Assembly: GCA_963823035.1 (NCBI GenBank)
Contig: CAWGKG010000015.1
Span: 1 to 64,000 of the forward strand
Source: an uncultured Gemmatimonadales bacterium
GTDB taxonomy: Bacteria; Gemmatimonadota; Gemmatimonadetes; Longimicrobiales; Gaopeijiaceae
DNA length: 64,000 nt
Direction of reading: 5' to 3'
The notes beneath the pieces are model-generated. The model saw nothing but the letters and a program-made list of their open reading frames with translations. It was not told the origin of the DNA and ran no database searches. Of this stretch, positions 32,840 through 42,302 are shown one piece after another. Made by a program: the position numbers and the translations under genes. Numbering within the stretch: the first letter of the stretch is position 1; every line of letters starts with the position of its first letter.

Positions 32840-33300
32840 GACACCTTCCCTTTCGCGGCGAGAAACGCCGCAATCTCGTCCCGCTTCCGCTTCGAGCGCG
32901 TGGGGCTATGGCCGTCACTGAACGTCGCCACGGTGACGCCCTCGTCCTCGAGGAGGGCCCCGAAGATCACCGACGACCTCCGTGCCGACGAAGCGTCGCA
33001 CACCAGCGCGCCCGCTTCGGCCCCGAGGCGCGCTCCGGCGGCGTTCAGGGCGTCGTCGTCGGTCGCCATCACCACGAGGAAGGCACCCGCCACGTGCTGC
33101 GGGGCGAAATGCTCCTCGACCCAGCGAAGCGCGCCCGCCTCGGCCTTCCGCGCCAACTCCTTGTTCACTTCGGGGGACACGACCGTGACGTCGGCACCCG
33201 CGCGCAGCAACGACTTCGCCTTGCGCGCCCCGACCGATCCGCCGCCCACCACCACGCACCTGCGGGTGCGCACGTCGACCGCGAGGGGAAGGAAGCGCAT
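32836..33300 (-). CDS. Precorrin-2 dehydrogenase (CysG N-terminal/SirC-like)
   Basis: FLPLAVD..CVVVGGGSVGARK..VVSPE..ATDD..LN..VIFGA..SP. Confidence 0.85.
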   Translation of the reverse strand: MRFLPLAVDVRTRRCVVVGGGSVGARKAKSLLRAGADVTVVSPEVNKELARKAEAGALRWVEEHFAPQHVAGAFLVVMATDDDALNAAGARLGAEAGALVCDASSARRSSVIFGALLEDEGVTVATFSDGHSPTRSKRKRDEIAAFLAAKGKVS

Positions 33301-33743
33301 CAGTGGCCTCCCGCCGTGAGCACGCCGCTGGCCGCGAGGGCCAGGATCGCCACCTCGGTGACGGCGATCGCGGCGTAGATCCAGTCGCGCCTGCGCACCA
33401 GCATGGGGACGATGCCGGAGAAGCAGACGGGCGTGACGCATGCCAGCAGCGCGATTCCGGACCACGTCAGGAAGTCCCCGCTGCCGAGCGCGCTCACCCA
33501 CCACCATCCCGTGAGCGCGTGCTCGCGGTGCAGGTACTCCGCGTTCACGGTGTGCAGGTACGTCTGAACGTCCATCGTCCAGTAGCGGGGCAACTCCGAG
33601 ATCGGCACGGCGGGCTCCATCGCCCCCGTGAGGTAGATGGCGAAGGTCACCAGGAGGGTGACCAGCCCCGTGTACATCCCCGCGGCGAGAATGCGCGCGT
33701 AGAGGAGCTGCTCGTCGCTGACGCCGGTCGGCCGATCACGCAC
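33300..33743 (-). CDS. DUF1634-like membrane protein (TauE partner)
   Basis: EQLLYARIL..P..LPRYW..GWWW..GDFL..GIALLA..LAASG. Confidence 0.78.
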   Translation of the reverse strand: MRDRPTGVSDEQLLYARILAAGMYTGLVTLLVTFAIYLTGAMEPAVPISELPRYWTMDVQTYLHTVNAEYLHREHALTGWWWVSALGSGDFLTWSGIALLACVTPVCFSGIVPMLVRRRDWIYAAIAVTEVAILALAASGVLTAGGH

Positions 33744-33757
33744 GTGTCCCTCCTCGA

Positions 33758-34756
33758 CTAGATGATGAAGGGAAGTCCGAGGCCCTTCGTGATCGCCTTC
33801 CCGCCCGAGAACAGGAGGAGGACGATCACGATCCATCGTACGAAGCCGGGCTTGGCCACCCGCAGGATGCGCACGCCGATGAAGGAGCCCAGCATGATGC
33901 CCACCAGAGACGGCACCACCATCATCGGGATCACGCACCCCTCGTTCAGATAGATCCACGCCGCCGAGGTGTCCGTGATGGACAGGAGGAACTTGCTGGT
34001 CGCGACGCTCACCTTGAGGGGCGCGCCCAACACCAGGTTGAGCACCGGCACGTTCGCCCATCCGGCCCCCAGGCCGAACATCCCCGCCATGAAGCCGATG
34101 CCGATGAAGAGGAGGAGCCCCGTCGCGGTGCGGTGGATCTTCCAGTCCACCTCCTGGTTCAGGCTCGCCTCCATGTAGATGCCGTGGATCCCGAGGATAC
34201 GGGAGAGACGGTCGGCGGCGGGCACCACAGGGAACGTCGACTTCTTGGCACGGATCATCAGGAGGACGATCCCGAGGATCGAGGCACCCAGCAGCGTCTG
34301 CACCAGGTTCGTGGGGAGCGCCAGGCCGACCATCGCCCCGACGACCGCGCACGCGGAAGCGATCAGGGCCACGGGCATCGCCAGCCGCAGGCTCGCCAGG
34401 TTCATGCGCAGGAACCCGGGTCCCGCGGCGAGCGCGCCGCACAACGCCACCAGGAGGCCGGTACAGCGCACGAAGTCGAGGTGGAAAGGGCAGAACCCGC
34501 TCACGATCGGCACGAAGAGCACGCCACCACCCACGCCTCCCAGCGCCGCCAGGATGCCCATGAAGAACGTCATGACGAACAGCACCAGAGGCCAGAACCA
34601 CCACGCCGGCACCCCATCGGCCGCCGGCGCGGAAGCCTGGGCCACCAGCTCGGGATCGGGCGCGCCGAAGAGGAGGAACAACGTGAGCGCGAGCACGAGC
34701 CCGGTCCGGAGAGGCCCGGATGCTGGCAAGCCGAAAAACCGCGAGTTCGCGTTCAC
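33758..34756 (-). CDS. TauE/SafE-family transporter (2)
   Basis: GVGGGVLFVP, FHLDFVR, GMFGLGAGWANVPVLN, SVATSKF. Confidence 0.9.
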   Translation of the reverse strand: MNANSRFFGLPASGPLRTGLVLALTLFLLFGAPDPELVAQASAPAADGVPAWWFWPLVLFVMTFFMGILAALGGVGGGVLFVPIVSGFCPFHLDFVRCTGLLVALCGALAAGPGFLRMNLASLRLAMPVALIASACAVVGAMVGLALPTNLVQTLLGASILGIVLLMIRAKKSTFPVVPAADRLSRILGIHGIYMEASLNQEVDWKIHRTATGLLLFIGIGFMAGMFGLGAGWANVPVLNLVLGAPLKVSVATSKFLLSITDTSAAWIYLNEGCVIPMMVVPSLVGIMLGSFIGVRILRVAKPGFVRWIVIVLLLFSGGKAITKGLGLPFII

Positions 34757-34765
34757 GTTGCGCCG

Positions 34766-35584
34766 TCAGGGATAGGGGTCGAACCACTCGACCTTCAGGC
34801 GGATCTGGCGCACACCCGGGACGGCCCGGGCGAGCTCCACCATGCGCTCGCCCGTGCGCCCGCTCTTGCGCAGGGGGGCCTCCCCCGAGATCACGACGGC
34901 TCCGTCCTGCGACTCGGCCTCGAGCTCCAGCGAGCGCAGCTCGTCGTCGCCCGCCAGCGCGAGCTTCACCTGGCACGCGAGCCGGAAGTCCTCCAGGCGC
35001 GCGAGCGCCGAAGCGTCGACGGCGAGCGCGGGCGTCTCGATGGCCTTCGCGACGATGGCACACGCTCCTTCGACGGTGAGGGTGGCCAGGTTGATCACCA
35101 GGTCGTAGAGCTTGGGGGCCATGACGTCCTCGCCGTACATCACCTCCACCCACCGCGCTCTGGAGACGTCCAGGTCGTGGATGTACTCCCGCGCCTCGGC
35201 GGCCGTCATCCCGGTCTCCCGGCGCACCACGCGCACGCGGCTCTCGAGCGGAGCGATGAGCCTGAGGCAGAAGACCGCGGGCGCCCCCCGCATCAACAGC
35301 CCGCCGGTGAGCCCATGGTAGACCAGGTTCCCACCGGCGGCGCGGTCGGACAGCGCCGCCTGGACCGCCACGATGTACGCGCGCCGCATGGACGAGAACC
35401 TCCCCCAGAGCGACGGGCGATCACCCATCTTCTCCTGGAGGAGCTCGGCCGGGACACCCAGCTTGGCCGCGGCCTGCACCAGCACCTCGCGACCGAGGAT
35501 GGGGTAGCCGAGGCGCTCCGCGAGGCACTCGGCCACGGCGCGCCCTCCGCTCTTCGTTCCCCGGCAGATGCAGACGATGGCCAT
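34766..35584 (-). CDS. Cytidylate-kinase-like protein with C-terminal BON-like domain
   Basis: IVCICRGTKSGG..LVYHG..RLIAP..R..YDLVINL; C-terminus VKLALA..GAVVISG..AVPGV. Confidence 0.82.
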   Translation of the reverse strand: MAIVCICRGTKSGGRAVAECLAERLGYPILGREVLVQAAAKLGVPAELLQEKMGDRPSLWGRFSSMRRAYIVAVQAALSDRAAGGNLVYHGLTGGLLMRGAPAVFCLRLIAPLESRVRVVRRETGMTAAEAREYIHDLDVSRARWVEVMYGEDVMAPKLYDLVINLATLTVEGACAIVAKAIETPALAVDASALARLEDFRLACQVKLALAGDDELRSLELEAESQDGAVVISGEAPLRKSGRTGERMVELARAVPGVRQIRLKVEWFDPYP

Positions 35585-35587
35585 GCG

Positions 35588-36237
35588 TCAGTCCCCCGAG
35601 AGGTTCTCTTCGAGACGACGATGGCACTCCGCGGCGAAGGCCGCGTGTCGGGCCCCCACCTCCGGGGTGATGTGGAACTGCGGTTGGGAGGCACCCTCCG
35701 CGATGGCCGCGCACGCCGCCTCCAGGGTGAGGGTGCGGAGGTTGACCGTGAGGTCGTACAGGGCCGGATCCTCCACGTCCAGCCCGAACATCGACTGGAC
35801 GCGGCGCTCCCGCTCACGGTCGATCGTGCGGACGAAGTCCTCCGCCGCCCGCCGTGTCATCCCGTGGTTCGCCGCCGCAGCGCACCGATGCGCATCGCAA
35901 CCGGCGCGATGAGCCTTACCCGGAATACGCCCGGCAGGCCCCGGAGGAGGAACTGGCCCGCGAGGCCGTGATACACCAGGTCACCTCGCGTGCACGCCTC
36001 GGCCAGAGCGGTCTGCACGGCCAGCACGTACCGCTCACGTTCGCGGCTCAGGCGGGACCAGAGCCCCGGAGCCGTTTCGAACTTTCCCCTTACGGCCTCC
36101 TCTGAGACCTGCAACTTCTTGGCGGCCGTCTGGAGCACCTCATCCGCGATGCACGGACATCCCAGACGCTCGCAAAGGCATTCGGCGACCTGTCGGCCGC
36201 CGCTCAGGGACCCTCGGGAGATGGTGATGATCGCCAC
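35588..36237 (-). CDS. Cytidylate-kinase-like protein (frameshift near 35860)
   Basis: IITISRGSLSGG..LVYHG..VRLIAP..DRER..DPALYDLTVNL. Confidence 0.8.
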
Positions 36238-36314
36238 GGGTCGATCCTCGTGGGACCGGACGCCGTCCCGCCTCGGGCTCCGGCTCCTGCGCGATCCGTC
36301 TCTGGGCATGTGTT

Positions 36315-36436
36315 ATTCGTGACAGAGTTCACGAATCCCACGACCGGGAGGCACCTCCGTGCGACCCGGACCCCGGAGAGTCAATCGCGATTTTTGTCAC
36401 GATTAATAGTTTAGGGAGCCCGCGAGGCTCTGTCAA
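36315..36436 (-). promoter_or_regulatory. Sigma70 promoter with two Rex-type operators for the leftward operon
   Basis: Minus strand TTGACA (36436-36431)-N17-TAAACT (36413-36408). Palindromes AATCGCGA-N6-TCACGATT (36383-36404) and ATTCGTGA-N6-TCACGAAT (36315-36336, perfect arms). Confidence 0.85.
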
Positions 36437-36443
36437 GCAAGCC

Positions 36444-37121
36444 TCAGGCCGTCCGCAGCCCCGCGGTCGATCCGTCGTCCGGGGACCCTCGGGGCGCTGC
36501 GCCCGAACGGAGGTGATAGGCGATCTCACCCAGCCCGACCGAGAAGCGTTCATTCCGCGCCAGGACCGCCGCGGGCACGTGGAGCCGGGTCGGCGTGAAG
36601 TTCCAGATCGCCTCCACGCCGCAGGCCACCAGCAGGTCCGCCAGCGGTTGGGCGACCTCTTCGGGCGTGGCCAGGATGGCAAGGCGCACGTGGTGTTCGG
36701 CCACGAAGCTGCGCATCTCGTCGATCGGCTCGATGGTGCGGCCGGCGATGCGCCGCCCCACCTTGAAGGGGTCGACGTCGAACGCCGCGACGATGCGTAG
36801 GCCGTAGCGCTCGAACTCGGGATACGCCATGATGGCGCCGCCGAGCTGCCCCGCACCGACCAGAACGGCGGTGTACGGCTGGTCGAAACCGACGACCGTC
36901 CGGATGGCCCGGCAGATCTCGCAGACCTCGTAGCCGACGCGGCTCATGCCCACGAGCCCGACCGCGGCGAAGTCCTTGCGCACCTGGCTCGGGTCCACGT
37001 CCAGGGCGCGGCCGATCTGTGCGCTGGTGACGGTCTTCGCGGGTTGTCTGGCGACGTATTCGGCGAGGTACCGGTAGTAGCGGATGAGGCGGTCGAGGAC
37101 CACTCGTTTCAGGCGTGCCAT
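36444..37121 (-). CDS. rex: Redox-sensing repressor Rex (paralog 2)
   Basis: LDRLIRYYRYL..VTSAQI..SQVRKD..GY..VGAGQLG..AY..IVAAFD..AIWNFTP. Confidence 0.92.
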   Translation of the reverse strand: MARLKRVVLDRLIRYYRYLAEYVARQPAKTVTSAQIGRALDVDPSQVRKDFAAVGLVGMSRVGYEVCEICRAIRTVVGFDQPYTAVLVGAGQLGGAIMAYPEFERYGLRIVAAFDVDPFKVGRRIAGRTIEPIDEMRSFVAEHHVRLAILATPEEVAQPLADLLVACGVEAIWNFTPTRLHVPAAVLARNERFSVGLGEIAYHLRSGAAPRGSPDDGSTAGLRTA

Positions 37122-37209
37122 GGCGTACGGTCGCCTCCGGGAACGCACGGTTCCCGCGGAGAGTGAGCGTGTGATTTCCGGCCCTCGTCCGGGCGGACGC
37201 ACCAGGGGG

Positions 37210-37259
37210 TTGAGTGCCCCGAGGGGTATCTGCTAGGTTAATCGTGATAGTTTCCACGA
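37210..37259 (+). promoter_or_regulatory. dsrM2 promoter with Rex-type operator
   Basis: TTGAGT (37210)-N18-TAGGTT (37234) with a TG extension; TCGTGA-N6-CCACGA at 37242-37259. Confidence 0.7.
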
Positions 37260-37350
37260 ATTGCGCAAGACCCCTCGGGGTCCCGTGCGCCGGCCCCGTC
37301 TGGGTCCTGGCCGTCGAGCCGCGGGACGTCCCGTCTACGAGGACACCGCC

Positions 37351-38262
37351 ATGTCCGGCCCGATTCTGCTGGTGCTCTCCTACGTTCTGATCGCGGTCTT
37401 CATCGTCGCGACCCTCCTGCGCTCGATCCGGATCGCACGCCTTCCCGTACATCTCCGCTGGGAGCTGGCGCCCGTCCCGAAGGAGAAGACACGGGGCCGC
37501 TATGGAGGTTCGTACCTGGAGGAGTACGAGTGGTGGAAGAAGCAGCGCGAGGAATCGAGCGTCGCCGAGATCGCCTACATGCTCGGCGAGATCATCTTCC
37601 TGAAGGCGCTGTGGGAGCACAACCGGCGCCTCTGGTGGTTCTCCTACCCCTTCCATCTCGGTCTCTACGCGTGGGTCGTGGCGGCCGGTCTGCTGGTCGC
37701 GGGCGGTGGCGCCGCCGCCCTCGGGTTCGGCGGACCGGGGTGGGGCCTGGTCACGGGCTTGTTGCCCCTGCTCACGGGGGTGGCCTGCGCGCTGGGGACG
37801 CTGGGGGCGCTGGGACTTCTGGCCAGCCGCCTCTTCGACGGACGCCTGCGCAACGGCACCACGCCCGTGGCGATCCTCAACCTGGGGCTCGTCCTGGCGG
37901 TCTTCGCCACCGGCCTGGTCGCGGCGCTGGGCGACGGCTACGCCCACCAGGCGGTGGCCTTCGCGGGGGCGCTGTTCAGCGCCGGCCCGGTGCCCACGCT
38001 GGCCCCGAGCCTCACGGCGTACGTGGTCGTCAGCATGGTCTTCCTGGCCTATCTCCCATTCAGCCAGATGATGCACTTCGTCGCCAAGTACTTCACCTAC
38101 CATCAGGTGCGTTGGGACGACCGACCCCTGGTGGTCGGCGGATCGATCGAGCGCGAGGTCGGCGAGCTCATGAAGCAGCCCGTGACCTGGTCGGCACCCC
38201 ACCTTGGCGCTGACGGCAAGAAGAACTGGGTGGACATTGCGACCGAGGAGGTGCCCCGATGA
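37351..38262 (+). CDS. dsrM: DsrM-like (NarI/HdrE family) membrane subunit, second copy
   Basis: PVHLRWELAPVP..YGGSYLEE..EIIFLKAL..FHLGLY..YLPFSQMMHF..WSAPH. Confidence 0.85.
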   Translation: MSGPILLVLSYVLIAVFIVATLLRSIRIARLPVHLRWELAPVPKEKTRGRYGGSYLEEYEWWKKQREESSVAEIAYMLGEIIFLKALWEHNRRLWWFSYPFHLGLYAWVVAAGLLVAGGGAAALGFGGPGWGLVTGLLPLLTGVACALGTLGALGLLASRLFDGRLRNGTTPVAILNLGLVLAVFATGLVAALGDGYAHQAVAFAGALFSAGPVPTLAPSLTAYVVVSMVFLAYLPFSQMMHFVAKYFTYHQVRWDDRPLVVGGSIEREVGELMKQPVTWSAPHLGADGKKNWVDIATEEVPR

Positions 38263-39869
38263 GTGACGGGCCGAGGGTAAAGGACATCGGCCGGGGCGGC
38301 GAGGGTGTGCTGTCCAAGGTGGGGGTGGGCGAACTGATGCCCCTTCCCCCGCCCTACGATCGCCTCGAGGACCAACCCCCGTGGAAGGAGATCAAGCCCG
38401 AAACAGCAGCACGCATGGTGTGCAACCTCGACGGAGTGGTCGCGCTCAGCCTCCCCTGCCCCGAGGACGAGGCCGAGGAGCGCCGGTACGTCGATCAATT
38501 CGCCGAGGGTCTGGAGAAGCTGCTGACGAAGGAGAACAACTGGACCTTCCTCCAACCCCTCACGCTCGCGCTCGAGTATTGCGTGGGATGCCAGACGTGC
38601 AGCGACGCATGTCACATCTTCAAGGCGAGCGGTGACAAGGAGATCTACCGCCCGACCTACCGCTCCGAGGTCTGGCGCCGCCTGGTGCGGAAGTACGTGA
38701 AGCCGGCCGGCAAGCTCCTCGCGCCCCTCACCGGGGCCGACGTCGACCTCAACTGGACCACGGTCTCACGGCTCTACGAGCTGGCGTATCGGTGCAACCT
38801 GTGCCGGCGCTGCGCGCAGGTCTGTCCGATCGGTGTGGACAATGGCCTCATCGCGCACGAGCTACGCAAGCTCTTCAGCCAGGAGCTCGGGTGGGCGCCG
38901 CGCGAGCTGCACGAGAAGGGCACGGTCCTGCAGCTCGAGGTGGGCTCCTCCACCGGCATGAACCAGGTGGCGGTGAAGGACAACGTCGACTTCATCGACG
39001 AGGACCTGACGGAGGAGACCGGCATCGAGGTCCACAGCCCGTGGGACAAGGAGGGCGCGGACGTTCTCCTCATCCACAACGCCGGGGAGATCCTGGCGTG
39101 GCCCGAGAACCCGGGCGCCTTCGCCATCATCCTCAACGCGGCGGGCATCGACTGGACGCTAGCCTCGGAGGGGATCGACTACGATGGCGTGAACTACGGT
39201 CTCTTCTACGACGACTTCCAGCTCGCTCGCATCGCGTTGAGGCACGTGGGGACGGCGAAGAAGCTGGGGGTGAAGAAGATCGTCATGGGGGAGTGCGGCC
39301 ATCAGCACAAGGCGTTGATGACGGTGGCCGACCGCATCCTGCACGGGGACATGCGGGTCGAGCGCGAGAGCTGCATGACGCTCCTCGAGGAGATCGTCTT
39401 CAGCGGCAAGATCGAGTTCGACCCGTCGAAGAACGACTTCCCGGTGACGCTTCACGACCCCTGCAACATCGTGCGCAACCTGGGGATCGTGGAGCCGCAG
39501 CGCCGCATCCTGCGCTACCTCTGCCCCCGGTTCCGGGAGATGACGCCACACGGGGTCGACAACTACTGCTGCGGCGGTGGTAGCGGGCTGGCGGTGATGT
39601 CGGGCAACAACTTCGCGGACTGGCGGGTGAGCGTGGCCGGACGGGTGAAGTTCAAGCAGATCCTGGACGCGTTCGAGGACCAGCCGGGGCCGGAGGTTCC
39701 GAAGTACGTCTGCGCCCCCTGCTCCAACTGCAAGGGACAGATCCGCGACATGCTCCAGTACTACGGAGCGCTCGAGAAGAGCGGCATCACATACGGCGGG
39801 CTCGTCGAGCTGATCGTGAACGCGATGGTCGACGTAAAGGAGCCCTTCATCAAGTGGGAGATGCACTGA
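38259..39869 (+). CDS. dsrK: DsrK-like Fe-S/CCG protein, second copy
   Basis: CVGCQTCSDAC, CNLCRRCAQVCP, GECGH, HDPCN, YCCGGG, CAPCSNC. Confidence 0.88.
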   Translation: MSDGPRVKDIGRGGEGVLSKVGVGELMPLPPPYDRLEDQPPWKEIKPETAARMVCNLDGVVALSLPCPEDEAEERRYVDQFAEGLEKLLTKENNWTFLQPLTLALEYCVGCQTCSDACHIFKASGDKEIYRPTYRSEVWRRLVRKYVKPAGKLLAPLTGADVDLNWTTVSRLYELAYRCNLCRRCAQVCPIGVDNGLIAHELRKLFSQELGWAPRELHEKGTVLQLEVGSSTGMNQVAVKDNVDFIDEDLTEETGIEVHSPWDKEGADVLLIHNAGEILAWPENPGAFAIILNAAGIDWTLASEGIDYDGVNYGLFYDDFQLARIALRHVGTAKKLGVKKIVMGECGHQHKALMTVADRILHGDMRVERESCMTLLEEIVFSGKIEFDPSKNDFPVTLHDPCNIVRNLGIVEPQRRILRYLCPRFREMTPHGVDNYCCGGGSGLAVMSGNNFADWRVSVAGRVKFKQILDAFEDQPGPEVPKYVCAPCSNCKGQIRDMLQYYGALEKSGITYGGLVELIVNAMVDVKEPFIKWEMH

Positions 39870-41377
39870 CGGATCGACGGAGTCGGCCTGCGGACGACAC
39901 GGCGGTGCGGGCACAGCAGGCGCTTCTGGAACGGCCCGAGCTGAGTATCCGTGCCCGCATCGCCGTGGTGTTCGTGCTTCTCTTCCTCCTGTGCTCGGGG
40001 GGGACCGTGGCGGCAGTCGTCTTCCTGACCCGGTTCGAAGCCAAGATCCAGTTCCTGGAGGTCGCGGGAACGTACTCCTTCGAGATCGAGGAAGCCCGCC
40101 GCAACGAGAAGAACTACTTCCTCTACGGCACCGGCCTTCCCGAGGCCATGGCCAGCGCCAACCTGGCGCGGGACCAGTTGCAGCGGAGTGCGGACCCGAT
40201 GCGCAATGTGGCCGGCCCCGAGGGATATCGGTCCATGCAGGGCGCCCTCGACCGCTACGTGGGGCTCCTGGAGGAGTTGTCCCAGGCCGACGCCGCCGGC
40301 ACGGACGCCAGCCGGGCGGAGCGCGCGGCCGTGGAACCGCGCCTGCGCACGGAAGGCGCTCGCCTCATCAGCGAAGCCCAGGCCATGGTGGACCGTGAGC
40401 GCCTCGCCGTGGGGGCCATGCTCCGGACCTCCATGGTGGCCGCCGTCGGGTTCCTGAGCCTGATGCTGCTGGTCATGGTGCTGTTCGGTGGCTTCGTGAT
40501 CCGGGCCGTGGTCCGTCCACTGGATCGATTCGTGGACTACGTCGCGCGCATCGCGGACGGGGACTACACGCCCATCCGGCCGGCCAGGCGCTACCGCGAC
40601 GAATTCTCCCGACTGGCCATGGCGTTCAACCGCATGCTCGGCGAGATCCTCACCCGCCAGGAGCAGCTCGTGCAGTCCGGGAAGATGGCCGCGGTGGGAA
40701 CCCTCACCTCCGGCATCGCCCACGAGCTGAACAACCCGTTGAACAACATCGGCCTGACCGTGGAAGCGCTGTCCGAGGACTTCGACGGCTACACCGATGC
40801 CGACAAGCGGCGCATGCTCGACCAGATCTACACCCAGGTGGAGCGCGCCAGCAGCACGGTGAGGAACCTGCTGGACTTCACGCGCAAGGACCGCTCGGCG
40901 TTCACCGCGCTCGACGTCTCGGACGCGGTCCGCTCCGCCGTGCGCCTCGTGAGCAACGAGGCCATGCTCGCCGGCGTTGGATGGACCGTCGATCTGAACG
41001 GAAACCTGCCCCCGGTCCGTGCCAATCCGAACGACCTGCAACAGGTCTTCATCAACCTGTTCCTCAACGCCATCCAGGCGATGGCCACGGGAGGAGAGTT
41101 GAGCATCGTCGCGCATCCGGACGCGGAGGGCTTCGTTCGCGTCGACGTCTCCGACACCGGCGTCGGGATCCCGGCGGAGCACCTCGAGGAGGTGTTCGAT
41201 CCCTTCTTCACGACCAAGCAGCCCGGAGAGGGCACCGGGCTGGGGTTGTCGGTGAGTCACAGCATTGTCGAAAAGCACGGAGGCCGGATCGTCGTGGAAA
41301 GCGAACCCGGTAGAGGAACCACCTTCTCGGTCTTCCTGCCCACGGTAGTGGGCGCACCAGGACCGAGGGCACCCTGA
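39854..41377 (+). CDS. Membrane sensor histidine kinase (paralog of 28013-29555); start approximate
   Basis: ARRNEKNYFLY, GIAHELNNP, QVFINLFLNA, DTGVGI, FDPFFTTK, GTGLGL. Confidence 0.92.
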   Translation: MGDALTDRRSRPADDTAVRAQQALLERPELSIRARIAVVFVLLFLLCSGGTVAAVVFLTRFEAKIQFLEVAGTYSFEIEEARRNEKNYFLYGTGLPEAMASANLARDQLQRSADPMRNVAGPEGYRSMQGALDRYVGLLEELSQADAAGTDASRAERAAVEPRLRTEGARLISEAQAMVDRERLAVGAMLRTSMVAAVGFLSLMLLVMVLFGGFVIRAVVRPLDRFVDYVARIADGDYTPIRPARRYRDEFSRLAMAFNRMLGEILTRQEQLVQSGKMAAVGTLTSGIAHELNNPLNNIGLTVEALSEDFDGYTDADKRRMLDQIYTQVERASSTVRNLLDFTRKDRSAFTALDVSDAVRSAVRLVSNEAMLAGVGWTVDLNGNLPPVRANPNDLQQVFINLFLNAIQAMATGGELSIVAHPDAEGFVRVDVSDTGVGIPAEHLEEVFDPFFTTKQPGEGTGLGLSVSHSIVEKHGGRIVVESEPGRGTTFSVFLPTVVGAPGPRAP

Positions 41378-41378
41378 C

Positions 41379-42302
41379 ATGCATTTCTCCGTCTATCTGC
41401 CCGTGGCCGGAAGCTCGGTGAGCGTCTTCCTGCTTCTCGGTCTGGGCGGTCTGGTAGGCCTCCTGTCGGGTCTGTTCGGCGTCGGTGGCGGCTTTCTGAT
41501 GACGCCGCTGCTGATCATGATCGGGATCCCCCCCACCATCGCTGCGGCGTCCGACTCCAACCAGATCGTCGCCGCGTCGTCGTCCGGGACCTACGCGCAC
41601 GCGCGGGCCGGATCGGTGGATTTCAAGATGGGGTTCCTGCTCCTCTTCGGCGGCATCGCGGGGGGCTCGGTGGGCGTCGTCCTCATCAGGCTGCTGAGAG
41701 CCCTGGGCAACGCGGACTTCGTCATCACCTTGACCTACGTGCTCATGCTCGGTGGCATCGGCGCCTACATGTTCGCAGAGAGCCTGCGCGGCATGCGCGT
41801 CTCGGACCGCGTCCGGCAGGAGGAGGCACGGCCGTCCGTCTATGCACGGCTGGTGGGGAGACTTCCGTGGAAGCTCCGGTTCGAGCGGTCACGTGTCGAG
41901 CTCTCGGTCCTCATGCCCCTGTTCCTGGGTTTCCTCGTGGGGACGCTGGCGGCGATCATGGGCGTGGGCGGAGGCTTCATCATGGTCCCCGTGATGGTGT
42001 ACCTCCTGCGCATGCCGATGCACGTCGTCGTGGGCACCAGCCTGTTCCAGATTCTCTTCACCTGCGTGAACGTCACGGTCCTGCAGGCGACCCTCAACCG
42101 GACCGTGGACTTCGTCCTCGCGCTCTTCCTGCTCATCGGCTCCGTGGTGGGGGCCCAGATCGGCGCCCAGCTGAGCAAGCGACTGAAGGCGGATCAGCTC
42201 AAGGTCCTCATGGCCGTCATCGTGCTGGCGGTCACGGCGAAGATGCTCCTCGGTCTGCTGGTCACGCCCGCGTTCCTTCTCGGCTACGGGGGAGGTCGAT
42301 GA
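41379..42302 (+). CDS. TauE/SafE-family transporter (3)
   Basis: SGLFGVGGGFLMTP, AAASD, MGVGGGFIMVP, VVGTSLFQ. Confidence 0.92.
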   Translation: MHFSVYLPVAGSSVSVFLLLGLGGLVGLLSGLFGVGGGFLMTPLLIMIGIPPTIAAASDSNQIVAASSSGTYAHARAGSVDFKMGFLLLFGGIAGGSVGVVLIRLLRALGNADFVITLTYVLMLGGIGAYMFAESLRGMRVSDRVRQEEARPSVYARLVGRLPWKLRFERSRVELSVLMPLFLGFLVGTLAAIMGVGGGFIMVPVMVYLLRMPMHVVVGTSLFQILFTCVNVTVLQATLNRTVDFVLALFLLIGSVVGAQIGAQLSKRLKADQLKVLMAVIVLAVTAKMLLGLLVTPAFLLGYGGGR

